Notes: generated from the letters alone by a model not told the origin. DNA of 63,574 bases, filler included, from Octopus bimaculoides (GCF_001194135.2; 8 parts of 8 records of this genome joined end to end with filler, not necessarily neighbours in it), one strand, 5' to 3'. Counted from the first letter of the whole stretch, positions 26,806 through 38,792 are shown. Made by a program: numbers and translations.

Positions 26806-27991
26806 GTGTGCGTGCGCGTGCGTGTGTGTTTAAGAATAAGTTCTTTATGTGAAAGTGTGTATGTATATAATGTCGTATGTAAATTACTAAGTGTTTGAAG
26901 TTCTACTAGCAGATAATAGTGAGAAGGTTATGAATATTTTGGTGGTTAGCATTGCACAAATTAAATCCGATTCAATCCGGGTTACTCATATATGAAACAT
27001 CTGAAATACACAGTCAATGATATGCCTAATGTTACATTATTTTAAATTTTTGACTATGATATATTGTTTCTTATAATATTTTTCGTCGTATAATCTATGA
27101 CCTGGTCACTGACACACTGGTCTGTTGTATCTATTAAAGTCAATATTATTTGTGGAAACACAAATTCGTAGTCAGTAATATAGTTATTAATGCTACTTCA
27201 GTTTTCTGATTATATACACACGCACACACTCACACACTAAAAATAACGATGAGAACAACAACTGAAAAGAGAAAATCGAAATAAAATGTAACTATTGGTT
27301 TGACGCTCAATAATAGCTAAGAAAATTATAAGTGTCTTTCACGTTTCGCGTATTAGCGCTTTCCCTCCCCAAATAAATAGTTAGAAGGGGAAAAGTAGCC
27401 GACGGAAAGGAAGAACTTAACATAGAAATATGAGTACATTTATGTCATGTGGAATATATAAGAAAACTTGTGGAATATATTACATGTAGTATACGTTACA
27501 GAAGTTGAATAACTGGAAGGGAGAAAGAAAGAATGAGGTTTCAAACGTATAAGAGCAACAGTGAAAAAAATTGTATAAATTACGTGCGTGTCGTATCAAT
27601 TTTAAAGCCTGTGTCTGTGTTTAAGGACGAGAAATGGAGATTGTACAGACATCGTGTTATGTGTGAGCAAAGTCATTTATGTGAATCCATGTGCTAATAA
27701 TGAGTACGTGTTTGAGTGTCTTTTTATCCTAGAGCTTGCACTGTGAATTTAGTCATTATAGAGAAGGAAAGATGGGCGTATTGTTGTGATATGCGTGTGT
27801 GTGTGCGTGAGTGGAGTATGTAGTGGTGTATAAGTAAGTTCCTACGGTATAATGTACAAATGTGGAGCTAGTCTACAGGGTTGCGTGTGTATGTCTATCG
27901 TTCTGAACTGTGGGCCTCTGTGTGTATGTGCACGTGTAGGTGTGTTCGTAGACGGGTGTGTCGCAATAGTTTAGATGAATAGTCTTTTAAT

Positions 27992-28450
<459 letters not shown>

Positions 28451-29124
28451 TTTACTTAAATATTATTAGGAATTCTATAAAAAAAAATGTTAAATATTTT
28501 GTTTATTGTAAAAGTATAACCGATTTAATGAATGCACATAAGTTTTAACAACAAAATCTTATATGGATTCCCGTTTGAGAGAACATTGATCTAAAAGATG
28601 AAACCATGCTCTTAGCCATATACCTCCGCATCCCGTAAAACACCCTCAAACACCCGTATCCCTAACGCTACGGAGTGGATCACTCATATCCATGATGCTG
28701 CAGTTTCGACGTTAAATGCGTTTTCAAACGTTTGAAGAAATCACCGCGACAAATTGGTCGGCGTTTAAGTATCGTCACAGCTTTTGAGAGAGCATTGTCT
28801 GAAGCGTGAGATTTAACACTGAAACACATTTCAAATAATTAAGAAACCCACCATTGTCTATTTGCATGAGATTCTCACAACAGGTATACATTCCTTACAA
28901 CGCTTTACAATTAAGTGAAGCGTTTCATTACAATACAGGCAACAATATCAGTATATGTGTGTACGTGTGTGTATGGGTGTGCATATGTTTGGGTATATGT
29001 ACATGTATGTATATGTGCGTGTGCGTGAGTGTGTGTGTGAGTGAGTGTGTGAGTGAGTGAGTATGTGTTTGAGTGAGTGTGTGTGCGTATTTATATATAT
29101 ATATACACACACATATACATATAC

Positions 29125-29182
<58 letters not shown>

Positions 29183-29396
29183 NNNNNNNNNNNNNNNNNN
29201 NNNNNNNNNNNNNNNNNNNNNNNNNNNNNNNNNNNNNNNNNNNNNNNNNNNNNNNNNNNNNNNNNNNNNNNNNNNNNNNNNNNNNNNNNNNNNNNNNNNN
29301 NNNNNNNNNNNNNNNNNNNNNNNNNNNNNNNNNNNNNNNNNNNNNNNNNNNNNNNNNNNNNNNNNNNNNNNNNNNNNNNNNNNNNNNNNNNNNNNN

Positions 29397-29432
<36 letters not shown>

Positions 29433-29934
29433 GCATATGTATGTACGTATGCTTATGTGTGTGTGTGCGTGTGTATGCTTATATATGTGCATCACATATA
29501 TAAATATATATGCTCATGGTCATGCGCACGTACATGCGCATATGCACACATGTCTACGAACCATACGTACATACATACAATCATACATATAAACAGGCAT
29601 GCATACGTAGTAATACAGAGAAATGTTTATCGAATATAATCTATCGACGTACATGATATATATGAATGTGTATTTGTGCGTATGTATGTTTATATGTATA
29701 TGTATATCGAATATGATTTATGTATGTGAATGACTCTGTGTGTATGTGAAAGTGCGTATATGTATGTGCATGTGTGTCTGTATATCTTTCATATGCCCAG
29801 ATCAAGCATGAAAAGATAGCTTTTTATCAATTTTACTTTTCATTTTTCATCAGCAAAGGAGTCAGTGGCAGAATAAGAAATGTTGGGCGGAAGAGATGGG
29901 GGAGGGGCAGGAGGAAAGTAATATGATAAGCAAA

Positions 29935-30230
29935 ACATGAAGAAGAAGATGATGATGATGATGATGATGATGGTGGTGGTGAGGTGGTATTGGTGGCTTT
30001 GGCGGTAGCGTGGCGGTGGTGGTAATAATGATGATGATGATGATGGTGATGATAGCGATAACAAATGCGATAACGATAACGAGGAAGAGAGGAGGGGAAG
30101 GAGAGGGAAGTAGATAATAGTGATGATGATGATGACGACGACGACAATGACGTCGATGATGATGATGATGACGATGATGATGATGATGATGACGACGACG
30201 ATCACGTCGATGATGATGATGATGATGACA
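29935..30230. repeat. Compound (GAT)n/(GAC)n/(GGT)n trinucleotide tract
   Basis: Direct reading. Source of the poly-H/I/S ORFs at 29833-30340. Confidence 0.92.
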
Positions 30231-31033
30231 AAATACACACTGGGAACATAGTAAAGAAATACAACAATAATAAACAGGAAAAAAAACAAAAAACAAAAAA
30301 TAAAAAGTGAACGGAAACACAAATACAAAACAAATTGCAATGACGATGAGACAAGGTCTAGAAAGATTCTTGAAATGTAGACATTCTTATAGATAGTGAA
30401 AAAAGAAGAAGAAAAAGAAGACGAAGAGGAAGCAGCGAATGAAGCGGTGCATGTGATATGGCAACGATGAAATGAACGACTTCAAAGAAACATTTTATGA
30501 GAAGAGATTCGACAAGCAATTTAACATTCTCTAAAACATGAGTAAGTTCAAAACGACAGCCAGCTAACTACGTTCCATCGTTCTTCTTCACACTTCGATC
30601 GACATCTTGGCCTCGCAACCTTCTTTCAAATACCGTCATCCCCACCCACACCACCGCAGCATCTCACAACTCTTGATTATGTTATTGTGCACTTCTCCGC
30701 CTACTCCTCTCCTCACTTCAGCTTCACTTTCACTTTCAGTTTCTTCATCAACTCACACCCTTCACCATGTTTTTCAAATTGAGGCTTGTTTACGTATCTT
30801 CTTACCTTGCTTATTTATCTATCCTTCTTCCTGTCTATTCTTTTCTATTAAGATTGATTTATATATGCACGCGCACTCACGAGCACACACGCACGCACAC
30901 ACAAACACACACACACACACAAACACATACACACAAATATTGTATTGAGTGCCTCCTCTGTGTTTGTACATGTGTGTGTATACATACATACATACATATA
31001 TATATCTACCTATATATATATATATATATAATA

Positions 31034-31082
<49 letters not shown>

Positions 31083-31084
<2 letters not shown>

Positions 31085-31376
31085 AGTACTCCGTCGGTTA
31101 CGACGATGAGGGTCCCAGCTGATACAATCAACAGAACAGTTTGCTCGTGTAATTAAGGTGCAAGTGACTGAGCACTACACAAACACGTGTACCCTTAATG
31201 TAGTTCTCAGGGTTGGCCCTTTGAAATACAGGTACTTCTCATTTTTGCCAGTTGTGTGGACTGAACCCACGTGAAATAAAGTGTCTTCCTCAAGGACAAA
31301 ACGCATCGCCGGGAATTGAACTCACCATCCTACGATCGTGAGCCGAATACGCTAATCACTAAGCCACGCACCTTCA
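31083..31376 (-). mobile_element. SINE family C, full length
   Basis: Reverse complement begins tgaaggtgcgtggcttagtgattagcgtattcggctcacgatcg and aligns with 25933-26228. Confidence 0.9.
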
Positions 31377-31436
31377 TGTAGATGAATGTATGTATACACA
31401 CATATATATGTATGTATAAATATATTTATATATTTG

Positions 31437-31476
<40 letters not shown>

Positions 31477-32148
31477 NNNNNNNNNNNNNNNNNNNNNNNN
31501 NNNNNNNNNNNNNNNNNNNNTTAATTAATTAANNNNNNNNNNNNNNNNNNNNNNNNNNNNNNNNNNNNNNNNNNNNTATATATATATGCATACATGCATA
31601 TATGCACACACATGTACACACACACATATACACACATACATACACGCATACATACACACACACATATATATATATGCACACACACGTTACATTGAATCTT
31701 AAGATAAATGAAAGTAGGTCTATAAGCTCACAATAGTATCATATGATATCTCAACTGTTTTAAGCGCATTTTTGTACAAATGCTATGAAATTTAACCCTT
31801 CTGGTTTTTATTCATCAAAACAACTAACTTCACTGATTTGACTTAAAATATGGTTTTGTAACTGTACTCATATGACATACAAAATAATCTTTGACGAAAT
31901 GAAAATTCCAAATTAATATTGTGATGATATTATAAGAAGGAAGAAATACTGGTAAATAAGTAGATTAATATGAAAATAATTGCGAAAAGAATTTAGAGAA
32001 AATTGGTAGAAAAGAAATTAAAATAGATTTTACAGCGTTTGATAATACATAAGAGGACAACGAATTTGAACGTAGGATATGTATTATATACACAGTCCTT
32101 CTCTCGCTCTCTGTTTGTCTGTCTGTCTCTCTCTCCCTCTCACACACT

Positions 32149-32190
<42 letters not shown>

Positions 32191-32744
32191 GTCGTTCAAA
32201 TCACATCTTAGGATCTTGAGAAAGGAATACATAAATTGGCTGTGATCAGATGTGGAGAAGGATGGGCTTCGCAAGTTTTAGAAACGTTAAAGACACGTTG
32301 AATATCAAGTCGGCGCCTTTGCGATTCCTTGAGGACTTGAGAGGTCAAAAGGATGATGACTACGTATGTACGTGTTTATGTACATATGTATATATATGTA
32401 TGTATATGAATGTACACACACATATCAGAAAGTCTATGAGAGTTACTNNNNNNNNNNNNNNNNNNNNNNNNNNNNNNNNNNNNNNNNNNNNNNNNNNNNN
32501 NNNNNNNNNNNNNNNNNNNNNNNNNNNNNNNNNNNNNNNNNNNNNNNNNNNNNNNNNNNNNNNNNNNNNNNNNNNNNNNNNNNNNNNNNNNNNNNNNNNN
32601 NNNNNNNNNNNNNNNNNNNNNNNNNNNNNNNNNNNNNNNNNNNNNNNNNNNNNNNNNNNNNNNNNNNNNNNNNNNNNNNNNNNNNNNNNNNNNNNNNNNN
32701 NNNNNNNNNNNNNNNNNNNNNNNNNATGAGACTACCATCATGTA

Positions 32745-32885
32745 TGTACGTATGTCATTATTCAGTTTATTTCAAGATTTTTTGCCAATAGAGAAAGAAC
32801 CGGTTTCTAACCTAGATCCAAGGTTCCCTCATTGGAATTTCAACATCAACAACAGGGCATTTTTGTTTGTATGTATGTATGTATG
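32745..32885 (-). repeat. (ATAC)n-flanked dispersed module, copy 1 (possible retroelement 3' end)
   Basis: Reverse complement ccctgttgttgatgttgaaattccaatgagggaaccttggatctaggttagaaaccgg...cttgaaataaactgaataat matches 56490-56600. Confidence 0.8.
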
Positions 32886-33454
32886 TTTTTTCTTTGGGTT
32901 TTGTTTAAGCTCTTCTTAAGAGAGTTCAAACCGGTCGCTAGTGTCAAAACTTTCTGAGTCAAGAGAGTTTCCTGTGTTTGTAAATATGAGGTTGATGTGG
33001 TGTGTTGGTTGAGCTGTCGATCTATTCATCTAAAGAATCTCAGATGAAAAATCTTTGTAATGTCATACAAATCTTCGTTATGCCTCTAATGGATTAGATT
33101 TGGAGAATCCGCGACAATTTCTTTTGCTTTTTCTTCGAAAAATGTATTATTCCTATGGTTTTGTGCAAATCTGTTGGCACATAGCTTAATGAACCTATGA
33201 TGATAGGTACAAATCAGAATCTATAACCAGAGTACAAGAGCTGTAAGTTTCATGTTAATTGACCATAAATGTTCTGTTTTTTTTTTCTGGGCTTTTGACT
33301 GTACATTCACATCTGCTGGGCATCTGACCTCCACAACAGTGCATGAATTTTTTTTCCCTGATCCACAGAAAAATATCAGGTCTGTTATATTTGCACTGAA
33401 TTGATACTTTTATTGGGGTCTTCCACCAGCATTCCTTATTTGTAAAGGTGTAAA

Positions 33455-33509
<55 letters not shown>

Positions 33510-33609
33510 NNNNNNNNNNNNNNNNNNNNNNNNNNNNNNNNNNNNNNNNNNNNTTAATTAATTAANNNNNNNNNNNNNNNNNNNNNNNNNNNNNNNNNNN
33601 NNNNNNNNN

Positions 33610-34314
33610 ACCACATTTTGGGTGGGATAATCTCCCACTCCACAGCAGTGGCCTTATTTTTCTTTATATTCTCTGCCATGAGAAAAATGTCCACATAAGA
33701 ATAAACACAACGAAAAATTTTAAACACAGGCAAAAAGAGAAAACAGTTCAAAAAAGCGGAAGAAATAAAATTAACAGTTCGTACTTAAAAAAAAGTCCAT
33801 AAAAGAAAGAGAAAGGAAAGACAACAGTTCAGAAAGAATGAATAAAAATTTACAGTTCCAGGCAGAATAAAACTTTTCAGGCCACAACAGTACTCCAGCC
33901 CAATTTGATCCCGGCTCCGCTGCAGTCGTCACTTTGCTGGTAAAATCCAATCCTTTGCACAGTTCCACGTGGTGAAATTCAAAGCAAGATAAAACTTTTC
34001 TTCAAATTAGTAGTTTTCAAAACTTGGTTTGAAAATAATAAATTTTTCCAAAGTTCACAATTTTTGGAGGAGGGATACCCCCAAAACACACTTCTCACCG
34101 CTAAGTGAGACTTTAAGCACAACTACAGGCAGACAAATACATGGAACTCAGTAGAAATTTATTGTTCGACAAAAATAAATAGACACTAGCAACAAACCTC
34201 CACTAAATCCCCAAAACACAAACGTCTTACCTGTAGTTGTGCGACAACAATTCATGACGCTGGCATACAGCGACGTGACAGCAGCAGCTAAAAAACACGT
34301 CCACACAGAAGTGA
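33610..34314 (-). mobile_element. 5' end (about 635-nt UTR plus ORF1 start) of an L1/Tx1-like element, cut by an assembly gap
   Basis: Begins tcacttctgtg directly after SINE-head TAGCTTGCTTACC. T-rich UTR, then ATG at 33679 (MAENIKKNKATAVEWEIIPPKMW, gap). Class assignment is by analogy with 54728-55932. Confidence 0.55.
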
Positions 34315-34350
34315 GGTAAGCAAGCTACTTACCACACAGCCATTCCTACG

Positions 34351-34352
<2 letters not shown>
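34315..34352 (-). mobile_element. SINE family A head truncated at the insertion site
   Basis: Reverse complement gacgtaggaatggctgtgtggtaagtagcttgcttacc, followed by unrelated sequence. Confidence 0.85.
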
Positions 34353-34394
<42 letters not shown>

Positions 34395-34395
<1 letters not shown>

Positions 34396-34758
34396 GGGCG
34401 TGGCTGTGTGGTAAGAAGTTTGTTTCCCAACCGCTTAGTTCCAAGTTCAGCCCCACTGTGTAGCAGCTTGAGCAAGTGTCTTCTACTATAGCCTCGGCCG
34501 ACCAAAGCTTTGTGAGTGGATTTGATAGACGGAAACTGAAAGAAACCCGTGTATATATTTTTTTGCGCGCGTGTCTTTATGTTTGTTTGTCTCCTTCCAC
34601 CGCTTGACAACCGTTGTCGGTGTGTTTACGTCCCTGTAACTTAGCAGTTCGGCAAGAGTGCCAGATAGAATAAGAACTAGGCTCTAAAAAAACAATAAGT
34701 ACTGGGGCCGATTCGTCTGACTAAAATTCATGACTGAAACAAGTAAGAGATAAAAGAT
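34395..34758 (+). mobile_element. SINE family A, near full length
   Basis: gtggctgtgtggtaagaagtttgtttcccaacc...gacggaaactgaaagaaacccg...cttgacaaccg...tgactgaaacaagtaaga. Confidence 0.92.
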
Positions 34759-35149
34759 ATAGATGATAATGGTAGCTGTCTACTCGTGACTGAGGAAGAT
34801 CATCACTGACAACTAAGAACACTGTGCACGCAGACAAATTTACAAATTACACTTGTGGATCCACTGGTGATTAATAAGCCCATCCTTTGAAAGACATACA
34901 CGTCCGCAGATACTGCAGGCAAAACGTCCCCCATTCGCTACACGGTGGTGCATTTTCAAGCAGCTTGCTTAAGTTCAGTATGCAAAATACGTGTCTCTTC
35001 AAAAATACTTACTCCCTTCGTGACACCTTTCTTTCATAGGTGGCGATGACAAACAGTGCTTTCTCAACTGACCATCCGTATCTCACATGACTTCCAGAGT
35101 TTTGAGGACAGTAAAACCACCTCTTAGCTAAATTACTCTGACTCGAAGT

Positions 35150-35500
35150 AGAAGAATCTGTCAGCGTCTCAGCTATGGGTTTGTTAGCAAATCAGTTGAG
35201 CAGATGGAACTCGTTGAGCATCTAAGGAAAGGAAAACCCTGGTTCCAAACTTTTTCTGCCTTGTGGCTATACTTAGCCATGGGAAGACTTCGGAATATGC
35301 CTTGAGGGAAAATCGGATGTCGAAGCCCCTGAGGCAGTTCGACATTCTCTACAACCTCTTTCTGGCAACTGCGACAACGCTAGAGCCAAATTGTAACAAT
35401 CATACTGTTTGTTCCTTTGGATCCATCAGTGACGCGGAAAGGAGGGACAAGCTCCATGGACAACAACCTGTCCTCCATATCATATTGTACAGGCTTGGTT
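35150..35500 (+). mobile_element. Probable RTE-type LINE 5' UTR fragment
   Basis: ggaaaaccctggttccaaactttttctgccttgtggctatacttagccatgggaagacttcgg resembles RTE 5' UTRs as I recall them. Not verified. Confidence 0.35.
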
Positions 35501-35859
35501 CTTATCGATGAGCCTCTACTGAAGAGAGAGAGAACTGGACTTCTAAGCTACCGGGAATAAAACAGATATATTACGTAATTTGGTCTTTGGACCAGAGACA
35601 GTTGTCATATTTCTTCCTAGGCTAGAGATAACGACTTTTAAGTGACGTTAGTATGGTTAATGATTAATCTAATATTTTAAAATCAATAATTAAGGGAAAA
35701 CAAAGCGGGAAAGACTGTTGTAAACGTCCTGAGAAATCATTTCATGTAGGTGACAAATGCTGAAAAGCATCGAAATTCTATAATCGGTTGACGAAATTCT
35801 TTCAGAATACTGGCGAACGGCACATCTGTATCAAATGATTTTACCGTATCGCGGATCAT

Positions 35860-36050
35860 CAGCCAATCAGTGAAACTTATATAGAATAATACTGACCGAA
35901 CAGCTAATGCTGTCGTGGAAAGCTGGCGCGCTATATTCTGACAGGCTGCTTCTGTCGCTAAAAGTTAATTTATATACAGCCCACTAGCGTTCCGCAACAC
36001 CACTAGCTGTTTGGCTAGTATCAGTCTATATCGGTTTGACTGATTTTCTG
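35860..36050. repeat. Degenerate inverted repeat (about 50-bp arms), MITE-like
   Basis: cagccaatcagtgaaacttatatagaataatactgaccgaacagctaatg vs reverse complement cagaaaatcagtcaaaccgatatagactgatactagccaaacagctagtg. Confidence 0.65.
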
Positions 36051-36442
36051 TCTGGTATTCAGCTTGGTTAGATGTCACTAATGATCCATGATGCAGTGAA
36101 ATCATGCAGTGCCGTCCTCCGGTGTACTGATGGAATTCTGTCGAGCGTTAATAGAATTTCGATGTTCTTTAGCATTTGTCGGCTACAAGAAATGATTTTT
36201 CAGGATGTTTATAGCAGTCTAAGACATTATAATGTCTTAGACATTATAATGCTGGAACCCAAGTTAGGTTGGATGTACTAATCAATATTTGTAATAAAGA
36301 GGGAAAGAGTTATAAAAAATTATGTGCATATGTTCATATACATGAGTATTTGTGTATGTGCATACATAAATGTGTGAAATAATCAGCGTAAATATCCCAG
36401 CTCAGTGTAAATAAAAATCATTATTTTTTTTTTTTTTCCAGA

Positions 36443-36512
36443 ATGATTGCGAAGGTTGCCAATCTTTTAATATTGTTATTTCTGCTAATGAGAGCCTCAC
36501 CCACTGATGCAC
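36443..36512 (+). CDS. First coding exon of an unidentified secreted or membrane protein (signal peptide MIAKVANLLILLFLLMRASPTDA), partial CDS
   Basis: T-run plus CCAG acceptor at 36440-36441, ATG one base into the exon, basic-hydrophobic-TDA signal-peptide pattern, GTGAGT donor at 36513 (phase 1). The other two frames contain stops. Confidence 0.65.
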
Positions 36513-36724
36513 GTGAGTCGAAAATTGTCCTTTTAATATTTTCTTCAATACCCATGGCCACTTTATTTCAAGTAGAAACTTTCCGACTAAATTTAATAGA
36601 TTACTTCTTGATATCGGAATATTTAAAGAAATGGTGAGATTTGAACTAAGAATGCAGTTCGTTAAAACTATAAGCTTAATAGAAAACAAATAGTAGTAAT
36701 ATAATATTTTCCACAATAATCTTC

Positions 36725-36862
36725 TCTACTATAGGCACAAGGCCTGAAATTTGATGGGAGGGGTTAAGTCAATTACATCAAACCCCCACCCCACCCAGTG
36801 CTCAACTTGTACTTAATTTATCGACTCCGAAATGATGAAAGGCAAAGTCGACCTCGGCAGAA
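36725..36862 (-). mobile_element. SINE family B, 3' part
   Basis: ggcacaaggcctgaaatttg...gtacttaatttatcgactccgaaatgatgaaaggcaaagtcgacctcggcagaa. Confidence 0.85.
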
Positions 36863-37019
36863 ATATTCGCCACAATAATGACATTGTACTTGAGCAAGAA
36901 ACTACTATTATAGAGTAATACTAAAATGCTTCATTCCATCACCTTTTTTTAAAATGTTAAGTCATCCTCGTTCCAGCATTCAAACTGAGGCTCTATATTT
37001 ATGAGTAAATGTGTATATT

Positions 37020-37279
37020 GGAGGTGCAATGGCCCAGTGGTTAGGGCAAGCGGACTCGCAGTCGTAGGATCGAAGTTTCGATTCCCAGACCGGGCGTTGT
37101 GAGCGTTTACTGAGTGAAAACACCTGAAAACTCCAAGAGGCACCGGCAGGAGGGGGGGAAACCCTGCTGTACTCTTTCACCGCAGCTTTCTCTCACTGCT
37201 TCTGTTGTACCTGTATTTCAAAGGGCCACCCTTGTCACACTCTGTGTCTCACTGAATCTCCCCGAGAACTACGTTAAGG
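37020..37279 (+). mobile_element. SINE family C variant, cut by a gap
   Basis: ggaggtgcaatggcccagtggttagggcaagcggactcgcagtcgtaggatcgaagtttcgattcccagacc...ctgtatttcaaagggcca...ccccgagaactacgttaagg. Confidence 0.85.
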
Positions 37280-37419
37280 NNNNNNNNNNNNNNNNNNNNN
37301 NNNNNNNNNNNNNNNNNNNNNNNNNNNNNNNNNNNNNNNNNNNNNNNNNNNNNNNNNNNNNNNNNNNNNNNNNNNNNNNTTGCCAAATTTTTGGTATAAA
37401 AAATATATTTAAACACACA

Positions 37420-38742
37420 CACACACACATAAATGTGTAATAGTGTCTGTCAGTGTGTGTGTTTGAGGGTTACTCTAACTTCTCCCACACCGTCCAACCG
37501 ATTTTAATGATTCTTGGCACATAGGTAGATCACATGCCCTAAAGTTCAAATAAGGCTGGAAGTTTTCGAAAACTCGATAATGCTCATCTGGTATCGATTT
37601 TGTGAGCTCAATCGGGCGTTTTAATGAAAATTCCCATAATGATGTTATTTTTCCTGCAGCTTTTTGCATTTTTTGTTCGATTTTGATGAAAATCGATCAG
37701 TGAGCGAGGCTCATGACAGTGAGTTGATGTCAGTATATGGCGTTGACAAAAAATTGATAATTGCGGCTTAGCAGTGGTTTTATAAAATCAATAGGCTTTT
37801 TGCATGCAAAATACCCATATGCATTTTATTTTGGGCCATAACTTTTATAATTTTTATCCGATTTTAATGAAATTTGAGATGTAGGTAGATATTGTGGTCG
37901 GGGAGACGGTAAAGGTGGTTATTTAATTCAAAAGGGTTTGAAAAGGGCACAAATGCAAATAAGCATTTCCTTAGAGACATTCCTGTCGATTTTGTAGAAA
38001 TTTTACATGTGATTACAGTTCATGTCCATTAGCTGATGCCGGCATGAAGAGTTAACAAAAACTCGATAATTGCACGTGAGCGGGGAATTTTAAGAAATCA
38101 ATAGGCTGTTTGTAAGCAATTACCCATAGGATTAATATTTTATGCTGTAACTTTTACAGAATTCATCCAATTTTGATGAAATTTGACATTTAGGCAAACT
38201 TTATGGTCGGAGTCAAGTGGTAGAATTAAAACTGGTGAAGGCAGGAATCGTCAAAATTCACTCGCAATAAAATAATGAACTGATTTTGGAGAAAATTGAC
38301 CCATGAGTAAAATTAAGTACTTCGTCATATGAAACATCGATTATTCATATAATGTATTGGGAATTAAAAGTCAATGGAATATTTTCATGTAAAGCTCACA
38401 TGGATTCTATTTTATGACATAACCTTAGCACTTTTCTTCGGATTTTGCTGAAATTAGACACGCTGATTAATTTTGTACAGAGGGTGGCATTAAAAGGAGA
38501 GAAATAAACAAACATCACTCTCAACGGGTCGAGGTATACCCAAAAGTTTGACTGCAATTTCAGACAGTCCAGTATGTAGGAGTATGTTGAAAGCGTTAAC
38601 CGGGTAAAATCCCTGCCGAACCACCAGATATAACATCTCAATGGGTAACAGTTGGCACGAAGAACGTAGATTTCAATACAAGGTCAGAGGTGGGCTTAAC
38701 TTCAACACGGAAAACATGAGCAACGCCGGATCCAACGGCTAG
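37420..38742 (+). mobile_element. Non-autonomous Helitron-like element with internal subrepeats
   Basis: (TG)/tctgtc start, recurring CCGATTTTRATGAAATTT motif (about 37498, 37678, 37858, 37987, 38167), and 3' end gagcaacgccggatccaacggCTAG|T at 38739-38743. Confidence 0.6.
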
Positions 38743-38755
38743 TATATATATATAT

Positions 38756-38790
<35 letters not shown>

Positions 38791-38792
<2 letters not shown>

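Noticed and set aside
31521-31532. ttaattaattaa islands inside N runs (also 33554, 42117, 56131, 58515, 60516, 62271), resembling a regularly recurring motif
   Set aside because: It is an identical 12-mer always centred in about 100-bp N gaps with stops in all frames, so it is a scaffolding linker and not biology. Adjacency across these gaps is unreliable.
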